This document shows positions 13,550 through 26,950 of a stretch of 63,681 nt of DNA, one piece after another (within the stretch, counting starts at the first letter, position 1; every line of letters starts with the position of its first letter). Source of the DNA: Octopus bimaculoides (Eukaryota); the NCBI RefSeq assembly GCF_001194135.2, contig NC_069004.1, positions 13,850,613 to 13,914,293 of the forward strand, written 5' to 3'. The notes under the pieces were generated by a model. That model was given only the letters and a program-made list of their open reading frames with translations, made no database searches and was not told the DNA's origin. A program made the position numbers and the translations under genes.

Positions 13550-14498
13550 AACTGGTGTATTTTGAAGTGAATACAGCTATAAACTACAGCTTGTAATATC
13601 ACTGTATAGACCAGACTATTGAATGCTGTTACACATTGCTGGTCACAATGCACTTCCTTGCATTGTGGTAGTTTCTGAATGATGCTGACCCACTGGCTAT
13701 CAGGCAGGCCAACATTTCCCTGGAACAGAACACAAATTTGTTGCAGGGTTACTCATTTACAGCTGAGTGGACTAGACCAATGTGAAATGAGGTGTTTTGC
13801 TCAAAAGCATAGTGCACTGTCAGTTTGGGAAATGAAACTATGATCTTGTGATTGTGAATGCAACATCCTTTACCATTAGCGCATGAGGCTTCACAGCTGT
13901 AATATATTGGATTAAAACTCTGCCTGGATGGAAAACAGGCCAAAGGCTTACTGCTGGATTTGAACCATGCATCTTTTCTACACTAGTAAATTAGTAAGAA
14001 TGGTGAATGTAACTAAACTGAAACAAAGGCATTGAAAAATGTTTGAATTAGAAAATAAAATAAATAGAATTCTATGAAAAGTTGAATGTGATGCTAGGAT
14101 TTTAAAGAATGAGTATATTTATTATGAATGTGAGCATCAGGTGTAAGAAAGTCAAAAATAATTAGTTAAATATGGTAATGGTCGGCAAATAAAGATTTTT
14201 AATCAAATATTAAAATGTTTTCTAATTTATAAATCTAACATTCTAATTAGGACTAAATGGAAGTAAAAATGGAAGTAATCACATTTGTTTTAAAAGGCTT
14301 AAAAAATATTTTTTTTCTTTATTAACAGCATCGTTAATCACTGCATTCCTAGCATTAATTAAACCTAACTTATAAATGCATGTAATTCTATTTTGCGCAT
14401 GAAAAATAAAGCTGCACATTCTCAATGTTTCAAATGGAAATAGGTCTTTTGAAAATCAGAAATAATTGCAGTCCTATGATGATACCATAGCTGATTTA

Positions 14499-14712
14499 GG
14501 TTTCAAATTTTGGCACAAGACCAGCAATTTTTGGAGAGGGGTAAGTTGATTACATTGACTTCAGTGTGTAACTAGTACTTATTTTGTTGACCCTGAAAGG
14601 ATGAAAGGCAAAGTCGAACTCAGTGGAATTTGAACTCAGAATGTAAAGATGGATGAAATGCCAGTAAGCATTTTGCCAGGTGTGCTAACGATTCTGCCAG
14701 CATGCCACCTTA
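14499..14712 (-). mobile_element. SINE family A
   Basis: Reverse complement of the family A body; 3' variant ...gtgccaaaatttgaaacc. Confidence 0.8.
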
Positions 14713-14930
14713 CCACAGCTGATAGGATTAACATAGGATTGAAACTGCTTATTCACAAAGAACAAATTGGACTGAGTGGTATTCATGCCTTTCTCAAGAT
14801 CATTACTAAAGCAAAACGGCAAAAATGGAATTCAAAAGCGAAAGCTTAAATCAACGTTTCTCTGCTGCTATTTTAGGGTATCTGAATATATTTATTTGTT
14901 TGTTAAAAATAATAATAGTAATAATAATAA

Positions 14931-15424
14931 CCCTTTCTACTATAGGCACAAGGCCTGAAATTTGGGGGTGGTGACTGGTTGATTACATTGATCCCAGTGT
15001 TTCACTGGTACTTTATTTATCGACCCTGAAAAGATGAAAAGTAAAGCTGACCTCAGTGGGATTTGAACTCAGAATGTAATGATGTAAAAAATGCCACTAA
15101 GCAAAATGCTTAGTGTGGTAATAATTCTGCCAGTTTGCCGCTTAACAATAATAATAATCCTTTCTACTACAGGCACTGAAATTTGTAGGGGAAGGGGCTA
15201 GACAATATTATCAACCCCAGTGCTCAACAGGTACTTTATTTCACCGACTCTGAAAGGATGAAAGGCAAAGTGACTTCATCAGAAGTTGAACTCAGATCAT
15301 AATACTAGAAAAGATGAAAGGCAAAGTCGACCATGGTGGAATTTGAACTCAGAATGTAAAGACAGGCAAAATACCACGAAACATTTTGCCTGGTGTGCTA
15401 ACGATTCTGCCGGCTCACCACCAT
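14931..15424 (-). mobile_element. Two tandem SINE family A copies (14931-15144, 15159-15424) separated by (TAA)n
   Basis: Each runs ctttctact...gaatttgaactcaga...ctgccagc. The second has an internal duplication. Confidence 0.8.
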
Positions 15425-15452
15425 AAATAATAATAATAATGATAATGATAAT

Positions 15453-16112
15453 CAAGAAAAGACATGACAACCTAGGGAGAGTAATCCACTGGGAGTCATG
15501 TAGAAAGCTAGGATTTGAACGTACTGATAAATTGTATGAACATGAACCTAGTAAAGTACTAGAAAGTAAGAAATATAAAATGTTGTAGAACTTTAATATT
15601 CAGACTGACACAGTAGAAGGCATGATTTAGTAGTAGTAAATAAAGAGAATAGAAAGAACCAGATAATTGACTTTACAGTCCCAAATGATGAAAAAATCAA
15701 TATGAGAGGTATAGAAAAAATAGCAAAGTACCAGGACCTAGCCATTGAATTACAGAGACTATGGAGAGTGGGGGTAAAATGTATCTCAGTAGTTATAGGT
15801 GCATTGGGAACTATCCCTAAAGATTTGAACAGATGGATAGAGGAAACAGGCATAAAACCCAGTTTAGCACAACTCCAGAAAACAGTGTTATTAAGGACAG
15901 CTAGGATACTAAGGAGGGTTCTTGGCATCTAAAGTTACTTGTTGTAAGGATGTTAAGATTTTTTCTTTTCCAACAGTCTAATCTGTTGTGCATAATTATC
16001 AGGAAGATTTTAAATACTTGAAAGACCATTGAAAGCTTGTGGATACCTAAGGTAACATGTAGTAACCTGTTACATTAATTCTACCAGGAATAAGAATGGA
16101 CCTGAGTCAAAT
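15453..16112 (+). mobile_element. R4/Dong-clade non-LTR retrotransposon 3' end (RLE endonuclease domain plus 3'UTR)
   Basis: RHDNLGRVIHWE...YEHEP...IQTD..RR(H)DLVVV...IIDFTVPND...EKIAKYQDL...VVIGALG...LQKTVLLRTARILRRVL*. Flanked by (TAA)n on both sides. Confidence 0.88.
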
Positions 16113-16148
16113 CAATAATAACAATAATAATGATAATAATAGTATATA

Positions 16149-16310
16149 TAATAATAGTAGGGGCACTGGGTGAATTAACAACTAGGTATGAGAAATTTAT
16201 TGGAGAAATTGAGATTGACATGAGGGTAGAACATGCCCAGAAAAAACTGCTTAACATCCAAGTACCATGACCTTAGGAGCAAGGGAGATAGAGCACTCTG
16301 AGAAGTGAAA
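16149..16310 (+). mobile_element. Second R4/Dong 3' fragment (different subfamily)
   Basis: IIVGALGELTTRYEKFIGEIEIDMRVEHAQK, directly after the TAA tail of the preceding copy. Confidence 0.65.
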
Positions 16311-16833
16311 TGTATATATATATATATATAAATAAAAAAAAGCAACATGGATTTTAAAGGTTATTGCAGTACGCACGTTTCATGCTACTCCATTTATTTA
16401 AGTAATGCGAGCATTACATTAAATGCAAAATGCAGAGCAATCCTCAGCTACACAAGGATATAGAAAATTTACTGAAAATTTCATTTCAGTAGAATGGACA
16501 TATTTACTGTTGTGACAACATTTTATATATATATATAAATATATTCTAGGGATAATGATGGAATTTTCCCTTNNNNNNNNNNNNNNNNNNNNNNNNNNNN
16601 NNNNNNNNNNNNNNNNNNNNNNNNNNNNNNNNNNNNNNNNNNNNNNNNNNNNNNNNNNNNNNNNNNNNNNNNNNNNNNNNNNNNNNNNNNNNNNNNNNNN
16701 NNNNNNNNNNNNNNNNNNNNNNNNNNNNNNNNNNNNNNNNNNNNNNNNNNNNNNNNNNNNNNNNNNNNNNNNNNNNNNNNNNNNNNNNNNNNNNNNNNNN
16801 NNNNNNNNNNNNNNNNNNNNNNNNNNNNNNNNN

Positions 16834-17402
16834 TAATGTTTTTACAAAAATATATAAAAAAATAAATATACCAATGCATTATATTGTCTTTGAGTTTTTA
16901 AAGTTCAATGGTAATCCATGTAGATAATTGTTAGAAAGATTAGGATGCATGTAATTAAGAATGTTGTGTTTAAAAAAGGCTGAGAGTTTATGTGTTAAAC
17001 AGGAAGTGTGGTGTCAATGGTGTTGTGTTTAAAAAGGCTGAGATTTTATGTGTTAAACAGGAAGTGTGGTGTTTGAGAGCTTATGTGTAAAACAGGAAGT
17101 GTGGTGTTTGAGAGTTTATGTGTAAAACAGGAAGTGTGGTGTTTTACACATAAACTCTCAAACACCACACTTCCTGTTTAACACATAAAATCTCAGCCTT
17201 TTTAAACACAACACCATTGACACCACACTTCCTGTTTAACACATAAACTCTCAGCCTTTTTTAAACACAACATTCTTAATTACATGCATCCTAATCTTTC
17301 TAACAATTATCTACATGGATTACCATTGAACTTTAAAAACTCAATGACAATATAATGCATTGGTATATTTATTTTTTTAATATATTTTTGTAAAAAACAT
17401 TA
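16834..17402. repeat. About 570-bp near-perfect inverted repeat with 35-bp tandem units at the centre
   Basis: Left arm starts at a gap edge. The right arm (about 17143-17402) is its reverse complement with very few differences. The centre carries copies of acaggaagtgtggt. Confidence 0.9.
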
Positions 17403-17535
17403 TTTTCATTTTCTCTCTTATTGAAAATTTGCCATGCAATGAAAGCTGGTTAGAAATCCTTTTAATCCTCCCTATACACATCTATATTAAAATATGCTTT
17501 CAGTTTAGCATTCTGACTTATTTTTATTATTTTCC

Positions 17536-17572
<37 letters not shown>

Positions 17573-18987
17573 GTGTGTTTGTGTATATGTATATATATAT
17601 ATATATATTTGTATGTATGTGTGTGTTTGTGTGTATGCATATATATATATTGCTGGGATCTTTGGCACTGTGCAGTGTCGGCCCGTTCTGGCATTGGTGT
17701 AGCTTTCAATGCCAAAATTTGGAACATATATACATAAATAGTAATTAGTGAAAAATATGAGGTTATAGCAGGTCACTTCTTTTAAGAATGGAACTTGAAA
17801 CTGACAAAGCAAATAGGGCAGTACCTGGCCACCAACTCCATATTTGGACTAAGGTACCAGCAAACATGCTTCTTGTGATAATTTCCTGCCAATGTTATCA
17901 TGTTGTGATTTGATGACCTACTGTCATTTAGATCAACAACCAAATTGTTTGTTTTGCATGCTAAAAGACTATAGAACATTTGAGAACCAGTTCCTTTGAC
18001 ACCAGTTTTATTACTTCTTAAGGAAAGCCAGGAATCTGGCTTCTCTTTAGAAATTACCTTGTCTGCTATAAGACACCAAATCCATTTGCAACATGATTAA
18101 AAGACAATTCTCTCATTCACCTTCATTATCAATTCCTGTCTTACATGCATGCAAAGATATAACTGGAGTTTCCAAATTGGTGTATTTTATCAGCTTTGGG
18201 ATATATATTTGGGAGTTTACTTAGCAACAACAAATTTTGTGATGAAATAACATGCACCCTTCAAACCCTTGTTCTTCACAACAACACATCTTTCTATCAA
18301 GATAAAAGTTCAAATCACTGCCACAAATAATGCAATGCATTCTTAGACTAAAAACCAATTACTTCTATTTGTCAAAGTGTTGTGTGTTTGTATATAAACA
18401 CACACACACACACACACAAAGAAAAAAACCAAGTCACACGATGTACACATCCTAACTGACACCATGAACTAAACCTCTCCATCAGTGTTGAAAGGTTGGT
18501 ATCTTATCTAATGATTTAATTGATACTTAATCAACTGATGTAAGAAAAAAAAAACCAAACAAACAAAACAAAAAAAAAAACCAACAAAATAACTCCAAAA
18601 CACAGGGTTAATGATTACCACTCAAACTTCACATCTGAATAGTTAGCACTCAGAAGTAATATCCTGCTGCAAAATCTAATTAGTCTATAAGTTCATGCAA
18701 ATATCCCAAAATTTGCAGACCTTTTCAACCCAAGCAAGCTGAGATAACATACTCATAATGAGAGAGAGATTATATNNNNNNNNNNNNNNNNNNNNNNNNN
18801 NNNNNNNNNNNNNNNNNNNNNNNNNNNNNNNNNNNNNNNNNNNNNNNNNNNNNNNNNNNNNNNNNNNNNNNNNNNNNNNNNNNNNNNNNNNNNNNNNNNN
18901 NNNNNNNNNNNNNNNNNNNNNNNNNNNNNNNNNNNNNNNNNNNNNNNNNNNNNNNNNNNNNNNNNNNNNNNNNNNNNNNNNNNNNNN

Positions 18988-19018
<31 letters not shown>

Positions 19019-21629
19019 TTGAAAAGTATTTATATAGTATACAGACATACAGTCAACATGCATATCATTAAAAAATATTAATGCAATAAAGAAGGTAAAA
19101 AAAAAAGGCATCCATACATACAAACACGAGTGCGGGGAACAATAGTATATAAGATATGTAGCTAAATTACCTACGCTACAGCAAGCAGCAACAATCATAC
19201 ATCATTCCAGGCAGCAAATAGTCCAACTTGCCACAAGATCATGCTAAATTTATAAAGAATCTAGCATCTACATAATAATATCCAGTATTCAAAGAAGCAG
19301 ATAACATTGATAGCTAAGTAACTTTGTGTCACACAAAATCCACAACATTTAAACAATGTACTTAATTACTATTAAATCGATAGAATTGACTTGTACCATA
19401 AGGAAAATGGTTCAAATTATTGACAGAGAAAATGTTCTATATAAATATATTAACAAACCAAAGTATTCTGTACATTATTCCTCTTGTTTTTATCTTTCTG
19501 TTAAAATCATTCTTTAAACTTTCACTCTAGTAAAAAGGTTCACTCCCCACTTTTTTATTGCTTCATTACACATTTCAATTTCCTCACAAGCTTTAAATAG
19601 GTAACAGTATTTGTTTATATTGCAACTCCGTCTCAACTAATTTTACTACAGATCTAACCCACAAACAAGTGGACTGGCTACTAAAAAAGACACCTGTCAA
19701 CTCTTAACCATTTTCTTATATAGCTGGAAATTTATATATATATATATATATATATNNNNNNNNNNNNNNNNNNNNNNNNNNNNNNNNNNNNNNNNNNNNN
19801 NNNNNNNNNNNNNNNNNNNNNNNNNNNNNNNNNNNNNNNNNNNNNNNNNNNNNNNNNNNNNNNNNNNNNNNNNNNNNNNNNNNNNNNNNNNNNNNNNNNN
19901 NNNNNNNNNNNNNNNNNNNNNNNNNNNNNNNNNNNNNNNNNNNNNNNNNNNNNNNNNNNNNNNNNNNNNNNNNNNNNNNNNNNNNNNNNNNNNNNNNNNN
20001 NNNNNNNNNNNNNNNNNNNNNNNNNNNNNNNNNNNNNNNNNNNNNNNNNNNNNNNNNNNNNNNNNNNNNNNNNNNNNNNNNNNNNNNNNNNNNNNNNNNN
20101 NNNNNNNNNNNNNNNNNNNNNNNNNNNNNNNNNNNNNNNNNNNNNNNNNNNNNNNNNNNNNNNNNNNNNNNNNNNNNNNNNNNNNNNNNNNNNNNNNNNN
20201 NNNNNNNNNNNNNNNNNNNNNNNNNNNNNNNNNNNNNNNNNNNNNNNNNNNNNNNNNNNNNNNNNNNNNNNNNNNNNNNNNNNNNNNNNNNNNNNNNNNN
20301 NNNNNNNNNNNNNNNNNNNNNNNNNNNNNNNNNNNNNNNNNNNNNNNNNNNNNNNNNNNNNNNNNNNNNNNNNNNNNNNNNNNNNNNNNNNNNNNNNNNN
20401 NNNNNNNNNNNNNNNNNNNNNNNNNNNNNNNNNNNNNNNNNNNNNNNNNNNNNNNNNNNNNNNNNNNNNNNNNNNNNNNNNNNNNNNNNNNNNNNNNNNN
20501 NNNNNNNNNNNNNNNNNNNNNNNNNNNNNNNNNNNNNNNNNNNNNNNNNNNNNNNNNNNNNNNNNNNNNNNNNNNNNNNNNNNNNNNNNNNNNNNNNNNN
20601 NNNNNNNNNNNNNNNNNNNNNNNNNNNNNNNNNNNNNNNNNNNNNNNNNNNNNNNNNNNNNNNNNNNGTCATTTATCACCCACCCCACCCACCCCACTTA
20701 ACTTGTTCTGTTTAAGTTTTAACAAATCCAAATGTAACGCATTAAAAAAAAAGACATGAGGGGAGGAAAAGAGCTAGAGTAACTATCGACAACTAATCTT
20801 ATGGAAGGAATCTATTGGAAGATGGTACAACACTGCAAGGTTCTATTTTATAACAGTTTCACTGTAATAAATTAGTGGCATTAAAATTTATAGAACTTAG
20901 AATAATTTTAGTTTTCAGAAATTACACAACAATATAATCATATTACAGTCAAGTTAGACAACATTTTAGTTATGCATCTAGTTATACTACATGGTAGTTC
21001 AACTATAATCTAGCTACATTATGCTAAGTGAAATTATATAATACTATATTCTAGACATGGTATACAGTAGTATAGTTATATTATAATACAGTCTAGTTAT
21101 ACTAGTCCAGTTAGATACACTACAATCTAGATTTTTCTGCAATTTATATCTTGTCAAGTTATACAAAACCTAATTATATTATACTATAATCTAGATATAC
21201 TACAGCATCTGTCTGTCTAGTTATCCATCTATATACACAAGTTGAGGGAGTGGAGCAGGTAAAATCCAGGCTACATATGTTTTGTAGCTAGCAGATCTTC
21301 TGCTGTAATAATTACTAAACAAGGAGTACTCAGCTCATTACTAATCAAGTTAAAGATACCTTAATTAAATGAAGGTTACATTGTCATTAAGGATTTCCCA
21401 GTTAACTTGCCAAAGATATAATTCTTATTTGCATTCACAGCAACTGAAGTTGCTAACTGTGAACTATAAAAAATTTTTCCAGCTAATTGAACTTTGATAT
21501 GGGAAAAGCTTACAACCCTCACCAATAAATTATTAATGTTCCTGGATGTTGCTTTTTTATACTCACCAAGGACTGCTCGAAACTCAAACTTCCGACACTT
21601 AGATCCTTGGATCTTATAATTACATACCA

Positions 21630-22620
21630 ATATATATGAAAAATGCATACGGATCAATTCCTCATACCCTCATATATGCAGCCCTTGACTGCTATTATAT
21701 TTCCCTACATATTAAGGGAATGATCAGCAGTTACTTTGGAAGCATCCAGTTACGTTTCAGAACAGCCTGTTTTACAACTCAGTGGCAAGACCTTGAGAAA
21801 AGAATCATAACTAGTTGCACAATTTCCCCTATTCTTTTCATCACGGGTATGAATCTTCTCATATCAACTGCTGATAGAGAAACCCAATGACCAACAATGG
21901 AATCAGGCAGCTGTCAGCACCCAATAAGGGGTTTCATGGATGATAATACAGTAACAACTACAACTCATGTGGATGCAGAAAGGGGTGCTGACTTCACTTT
22001 AACACATGGCAATACAGGCAAGAGTGAGGTTTAAGCCCCAAAAAGAAGAGCATGATGATCAGGGAGGACAAAGTAACCAACAAAATCAGGCTGCAAGTAC
22101 AAGAGGAGGCCATTCCATCAAAAGAGGAAAATTCCATTAAATGCCTCAGAAAAATGTTTGGAAAGTTGCTCTCAGATAGAAGCAATGTTACCAATATTGT
22201 GAAGCAAGCAGAGGAGTGGCTGAGGAGGAATGATAGATCAGGGCTTCCAGGAAAGTACAGGGTATGACTCTACCAACATGAACTGCTTCCAAGACTCATA
22301 TGGTTATTGATGCTGTATGATATTCCAACAGTAAGTGTGGAAAGGGTGGAGAAGAAGGCAAATAAATACCTCTGAAGATGGCTAGGTGTTCCCCCAAGTT
22401 TCACTTCAATAGGTCTGTACATAAGATCAGGACAGCTACAACTTCCCTGTTATCAGTAGAGGAGGAATTTAAAGTAGCAAAATGTAATGTTGTAATGATG
22501 TACAGAGACTCGAAGGAAAGTTTGTCAGAAATGTAGGTATTATAAGGTTTGGGTGCTCGTGGGGAACCAGCACTACAGTCGCTCAGGCTGCAGGCATGCT
22601 GGAGTTACATGCAGGGGTTG
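21630..22620 (+). mobile_element. Degenerate non-LTR reverse transcriptase, Hero (R2-Hero)-like
   Basis: NAYGSIPH, IITSCTISPILF, GFMDDIT, GLPGKYRV*LYQHELLPRL and WLGVPPSFTSIGLY motifs, with stops and frameshifts. Confidence 0.85.
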
Positions 22621-24467
22621 CCACGGTCTCGGTTCTATCTATAGAATTTGTAAAATAAGTTAAGAACATTAATTTGATTTACAGGTTTTAATTGTTTTTC
22701 TTTTGCCAACTTACATTATGAGGGGCTGCATTGAATTTGAGTTATTTTTCTTACTTTGCAAGAGATTCAGCTACTTTTTGTATCAGGTAAAGCAATAACA
22801 TAGATGTTACTTCAAGATCTTTTGCAGCTGGTTTGGATTTACCATTCCTCTATCTTAGACCATGTGTTTCTTATGCTCTTTCATTCTAACTTAGATAAGA
22901 TGCATTCTAGATTCAGTGTTGTACCAATGAGGGATGGAAATTATCTGGCATTTATTCTACGTAAAGGTAGGATGAGTCACTAAAATACAATAGAATAAGT
23001 TAACAAACAGGAGTTCACTTACTTGAGTGTCCTATAGATGGCAGGTGAAAAGTTTAGAAAGAAAAAAAAATGCAAGTTACCATTGGAAAGTTAAAGATTT
23101 TTATTTTTGGCAACTACCAGGATTCAACATGGGATTTTAAGCCAACAATACTGTTGGGATATTTCTGTATATTTGTTTTCCTCTCATAAAACAAGCCATA
23201 ATTTCAGGCTGAGTTCCCAGTGAATAAGCAACCATGTTATAATCCAGGAAAGAAATGCTATAAAATGACCAACTTTGGCATAATATTTTTAAATGCCACT
23301 GAAGAGAATTAAGATGTTGACATGAAAACTAAGGGAGAAAAATAAATATTCTTAGAAAAATACTGAGCGTAATTAAAACTGTTGTCTCATCCATTTGTTT
23401 CATAGATTTAATGTAATTTTATTTACATGCTGTTAAGTAAATTTAAATAGGATTTAAAATTTATGATAAAAGATAAAACCAGACTCAGCCATTTATTAGG
23501 TTAAAAAAAAATTTAATTTGATTAAGTTAAAACTTCAAAATGTAGCTAAATATATTTTAATGAAAATCAAATGATTATGAAGAAGAAAAATTTTTAAATT
23601 AGAAACAGTTAGATCATTGAATAAGTTCATTTGAAATTTTAAGTAGAAAATTTTTATGAATGAAAGTTAAAATAGACAATTCTGTAAATTGAATTATTAT
23701 GGTAATAAGCAATTAATGAGCTATCTAAAGACTTAGTTTGTGATAAATGAAACCAAATCAAATGAAGAACATAGTCCAAAGTTGAGTTGAGGGGGAGACA
23801 AGAAGTGTTGGGATTAGAGTGGCTTTGGTGCAGTCAATGTAGTGTCATTTCTTTAGGTTTACAACAAGAATGGAAGGTTAATGAGGGATGGGGAGAGGTA
23901 TTGCTGCAGAAGGAAGTTTTAGTGTCATTTGGTGTGAAGTGTTGGGAGAAAGATGGCAGCAGAGCCGTTAAAGCAGTGTATCAATTCAAATGAAAGATAT
24001 GTGTAAATTGAAGAGCTGTGATGGGGGATTATGTAAGAGGAACATAAACTTGGTGTTTGGTGATGGTGACAGATGTTAGTGAGAAAGGGAATGTATCAAA
24101 TCAGTACAGACATAGTAGTAATAATAATAATAGTAATCATAACAACAACACTATATATACTTAAAGGCATTGATTTCATTAAACAAAATGAGACAAAGTT
24201 AAAGGTTTTAGAAATCTGAAGAAAAAATTCAATTCTACTTCTTTCTTTAGAAAAAATGAAAGCATTATAGATTTAACAGACCTACCATATGTCTGGTAGA
24301 AGGTTTAGAGTCAATGGGTAGATTAGACAGAAAACAGTGAGTGAATGGTAAAGATGAATAACAGTAGAAGAAAAGCAACTGAAACTGTAATCTAAGAACA
24401 ACATGTGGATGTTTAAAGATAGAAATTTCAATTTTATCTGAAATATTTTTCTGGCAACAATTATAAA

Positions 24468-24498
<31 letters not shown>

Positions 24499-25089
24499 TC
24501 ATTGAATATAAATCTAAATTATTAAAAAGAAAACTAAACAATTTTAACAGATTTCAGAAACAAGAGAGCAGGTGGGTTAATTTGTAATGTAGTTGTACGA
24601 AATATAATTTCATAATTACGCAATAGTAATTATAGATTCTCTAGAATATTTAGCTTAATTACAACTTAAATACATGGACAGATGTTTATTGGAGCAGAGG
24701 ATAAGAGTATGTAGCATTTATGATCTTCTTGAGAGTATTAACGATACTGCACTAAAAGAACCTTGAGATATCTTGTAACAACTAAAAGTAAATAAATAAG
24801 TTTAAGAGCTAAAAGAAACAACAGAACTAAATTAGTTATATAAAATAGATCACTAAACTTGGTCAAAATATTTGTCTCTTTTAACCCTTTAGCATTCAAA
24901 CTGACCATATCCAGCCTAAATATTCTACTGTTTTTATGTTCAAACTGGTCATTGAGGGTGTCCTATGTCTGCTCACAACTACATAGGCACTTAAAACAAT
25001 TAGCAAAACCATGATACTTAGTACCAAGTCATCTTTCATTCCAAGTGACAGCCATAATAGTAGTAGTCATGGTGGTGGTGATGACAGTA

Positions 25090-25277
25090 CGAGGGGTGCT
25101 GAAAAGTTCCTGGCTTTCAGAGTCTCACAAAGTTCTTTTACAGAGCTTAGCAAAACTGCAGAACCGCTGCAATAAGTGTGTGAATCTGTGAGGGGAATAT
25201 GGTGGGATAAAATCATAATTAACTGATCCTCCTGTATTTTCTTTTACTCAAAGCCAGGAACTTTTCAGCACTCCTTG
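25090..25277 (+). mobile_element. Mariner-derived MITE (188 bp internal deletion derivative)
   Basis: About 28-bp TIRs cgaggggtgctgaaaagttcctggcttt / aaagccaggaacttttcagcactccttg with TA on both sides. Interior keeps a transposase C-terminus-like AKLQNRCNKCVNL remnant. Confidence 0.85.
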
Positions 25278-26603
25278 TATGTTTGTATGCATATATGTAT
25301 GTATGTATGTATGTATGAACACTCTTTTTCTTAATTTTTAGTTTACTTTTGACTATTCACCTTCCCATTGGCAAGGTTGTAAAGAAAAGGAAATTATTAT
25401 TTCTTGTGTAAGCATTCATCCTTTGCATTGTAAGAATGTTTTACAAATTTTGAAGGTTCAAGATATCAAGGCCATTTATAGTTTACAAGTTAAGAAGCTA
25501 CATTTCTTTCTCTACAAATCCAAGTTCTGGTCTACGTGAGCTGGTATATAATCTGTAGCTCCAACAATAATAGGTATGAAGCCTGCCCACTTGACATTCA
25601 GCAGAATGTCAAGTGGGCAGGCAGTACTCATGACCCTTTATATAGCTTCAGGAATTAGTGGGAAGGATGGAGGATGGTATCCTCAAATCAGGGGTCTCAC
25701 CTGAATGCTTGCAACAGAGTTGACTCTTCTAATGACACCTAAACTTCCTGGTGGCAGTGCTAAAGTGGGTGACAAATTAAACCTGTCACCCAAGTAGGCC
25801 ATGGCAAAATTTGAACACCAAATGCAGAAAAACGGAACAAATATTATAAGGCATTCTGGGCAACATTCTTAGAGTTCTGCCAATCCCCCACCTTAGATTG
25901 GTACATTGTATCTTTTTTTTTTTATCAACCATGAAAGACTAATAGGTAAAGTTGACTTCGGTGAGATTTGAACTCACAGTGCTGAGATTTTGAACAAAAA
26001 CTGATGCTCTAATGACTGAGCCAACTTGCTGCATGTTCTAATAAATATTTCAAATGAACAGTAAAATGACAAAAAAATTATTATTAAAGTAGTTTTTGTG
26101 ATAAGTCTAAAAGAAGATTCTTACCTAAAATCCTGTTTTAACTCTTTAACATTCAGATTCTTCTGCCAAATATAACGTGCATTCATCCACATTGCTTTAA
26201 ATTAATCCTGCATTATCTTGTAGCTTTGAAATTTTGATGATATGATTGTTTTTCTTTTTGGAATGATATTGTAGGGTTGATATGAGAAGCCAGATCTGGC
26301 TGGTTTGAACATAAAACAAGACTATTTGGGCTGCATATGGCTAGCTTAAAAGCTAAAGGGTTAATTTGAAAACTGAGAAGTTAAGTATCTTAGAACAAGG
26401 GGTGGTCTAAGATGGATTGGTATCAAAAGGTTTAAAATAATTTCAAGACACTAACTTGAGCTAAAGTAAATTTTATAAGCTGAATTAAGATGATTTCTTT
26501 AAATCAAAGAAGATTAACAGAAAAGCAACAGATAAAGTCGTTTTAATTTAGAGTTACAAAAAAAAAACTTAATGACTTTTTAAAAAATTATTCTATTTCA
26601 ATA

Positions 26604-26950
26604 AGGCATAGCTGTGTGGTAAGAAGTTTGCTTCCCAACCACATGGTTCCAGGTTCAGTCCCAATGTGTGGAACCTTGGATAAATGTCTTCTACTATATG
26701 ACCAAAGCCTTGTGAAAGGATTTGGCAGACAGAAACTGAAAGAGGCTTGTTGTGCATATATATATATATGTCTTTGTGTCTGTTCCCCACCACCACTTTG
26801 CAACTGATGTTGTTTTGTTTACGTCCCAGTAACTTAGCAGTTTTGGCATAAGAGGCTGATAGAATAAGTACCAGGCTTAAAAGGAAAAGAGAAAAGTATG
26901 CCCCAGCATGGCCACAGTCCAATGACTGGAACAAGCAAAGATAAAAGAAA
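26604..26950 (+). mobile_element. SINE family B
   Basis: gctgtgtggtaagaagtttgcttcccaaccacatgg ... ccagcatggccacagtccaatgactggaacaag. Confidence 0.8.

Noticed and set aside
16990-17240. CRISPR-like array of short repeats
   Set aside because: The units are contiguous tandem repeats with no unique spacers, in eukaryotic DNA with no cas genes.
17760-18350. Complex non-repetitive stretch with a ~90-codon minus-strand open frame
   Set aside because: No recognisable homology and no convincing splice sites.
20950-21230. Degenerate short-period repeat (tacaatctagttata-like); similar at 54400-54590 and 13010-13090
   Set aside because: Ordinary decayed minisatellites with no further structure.
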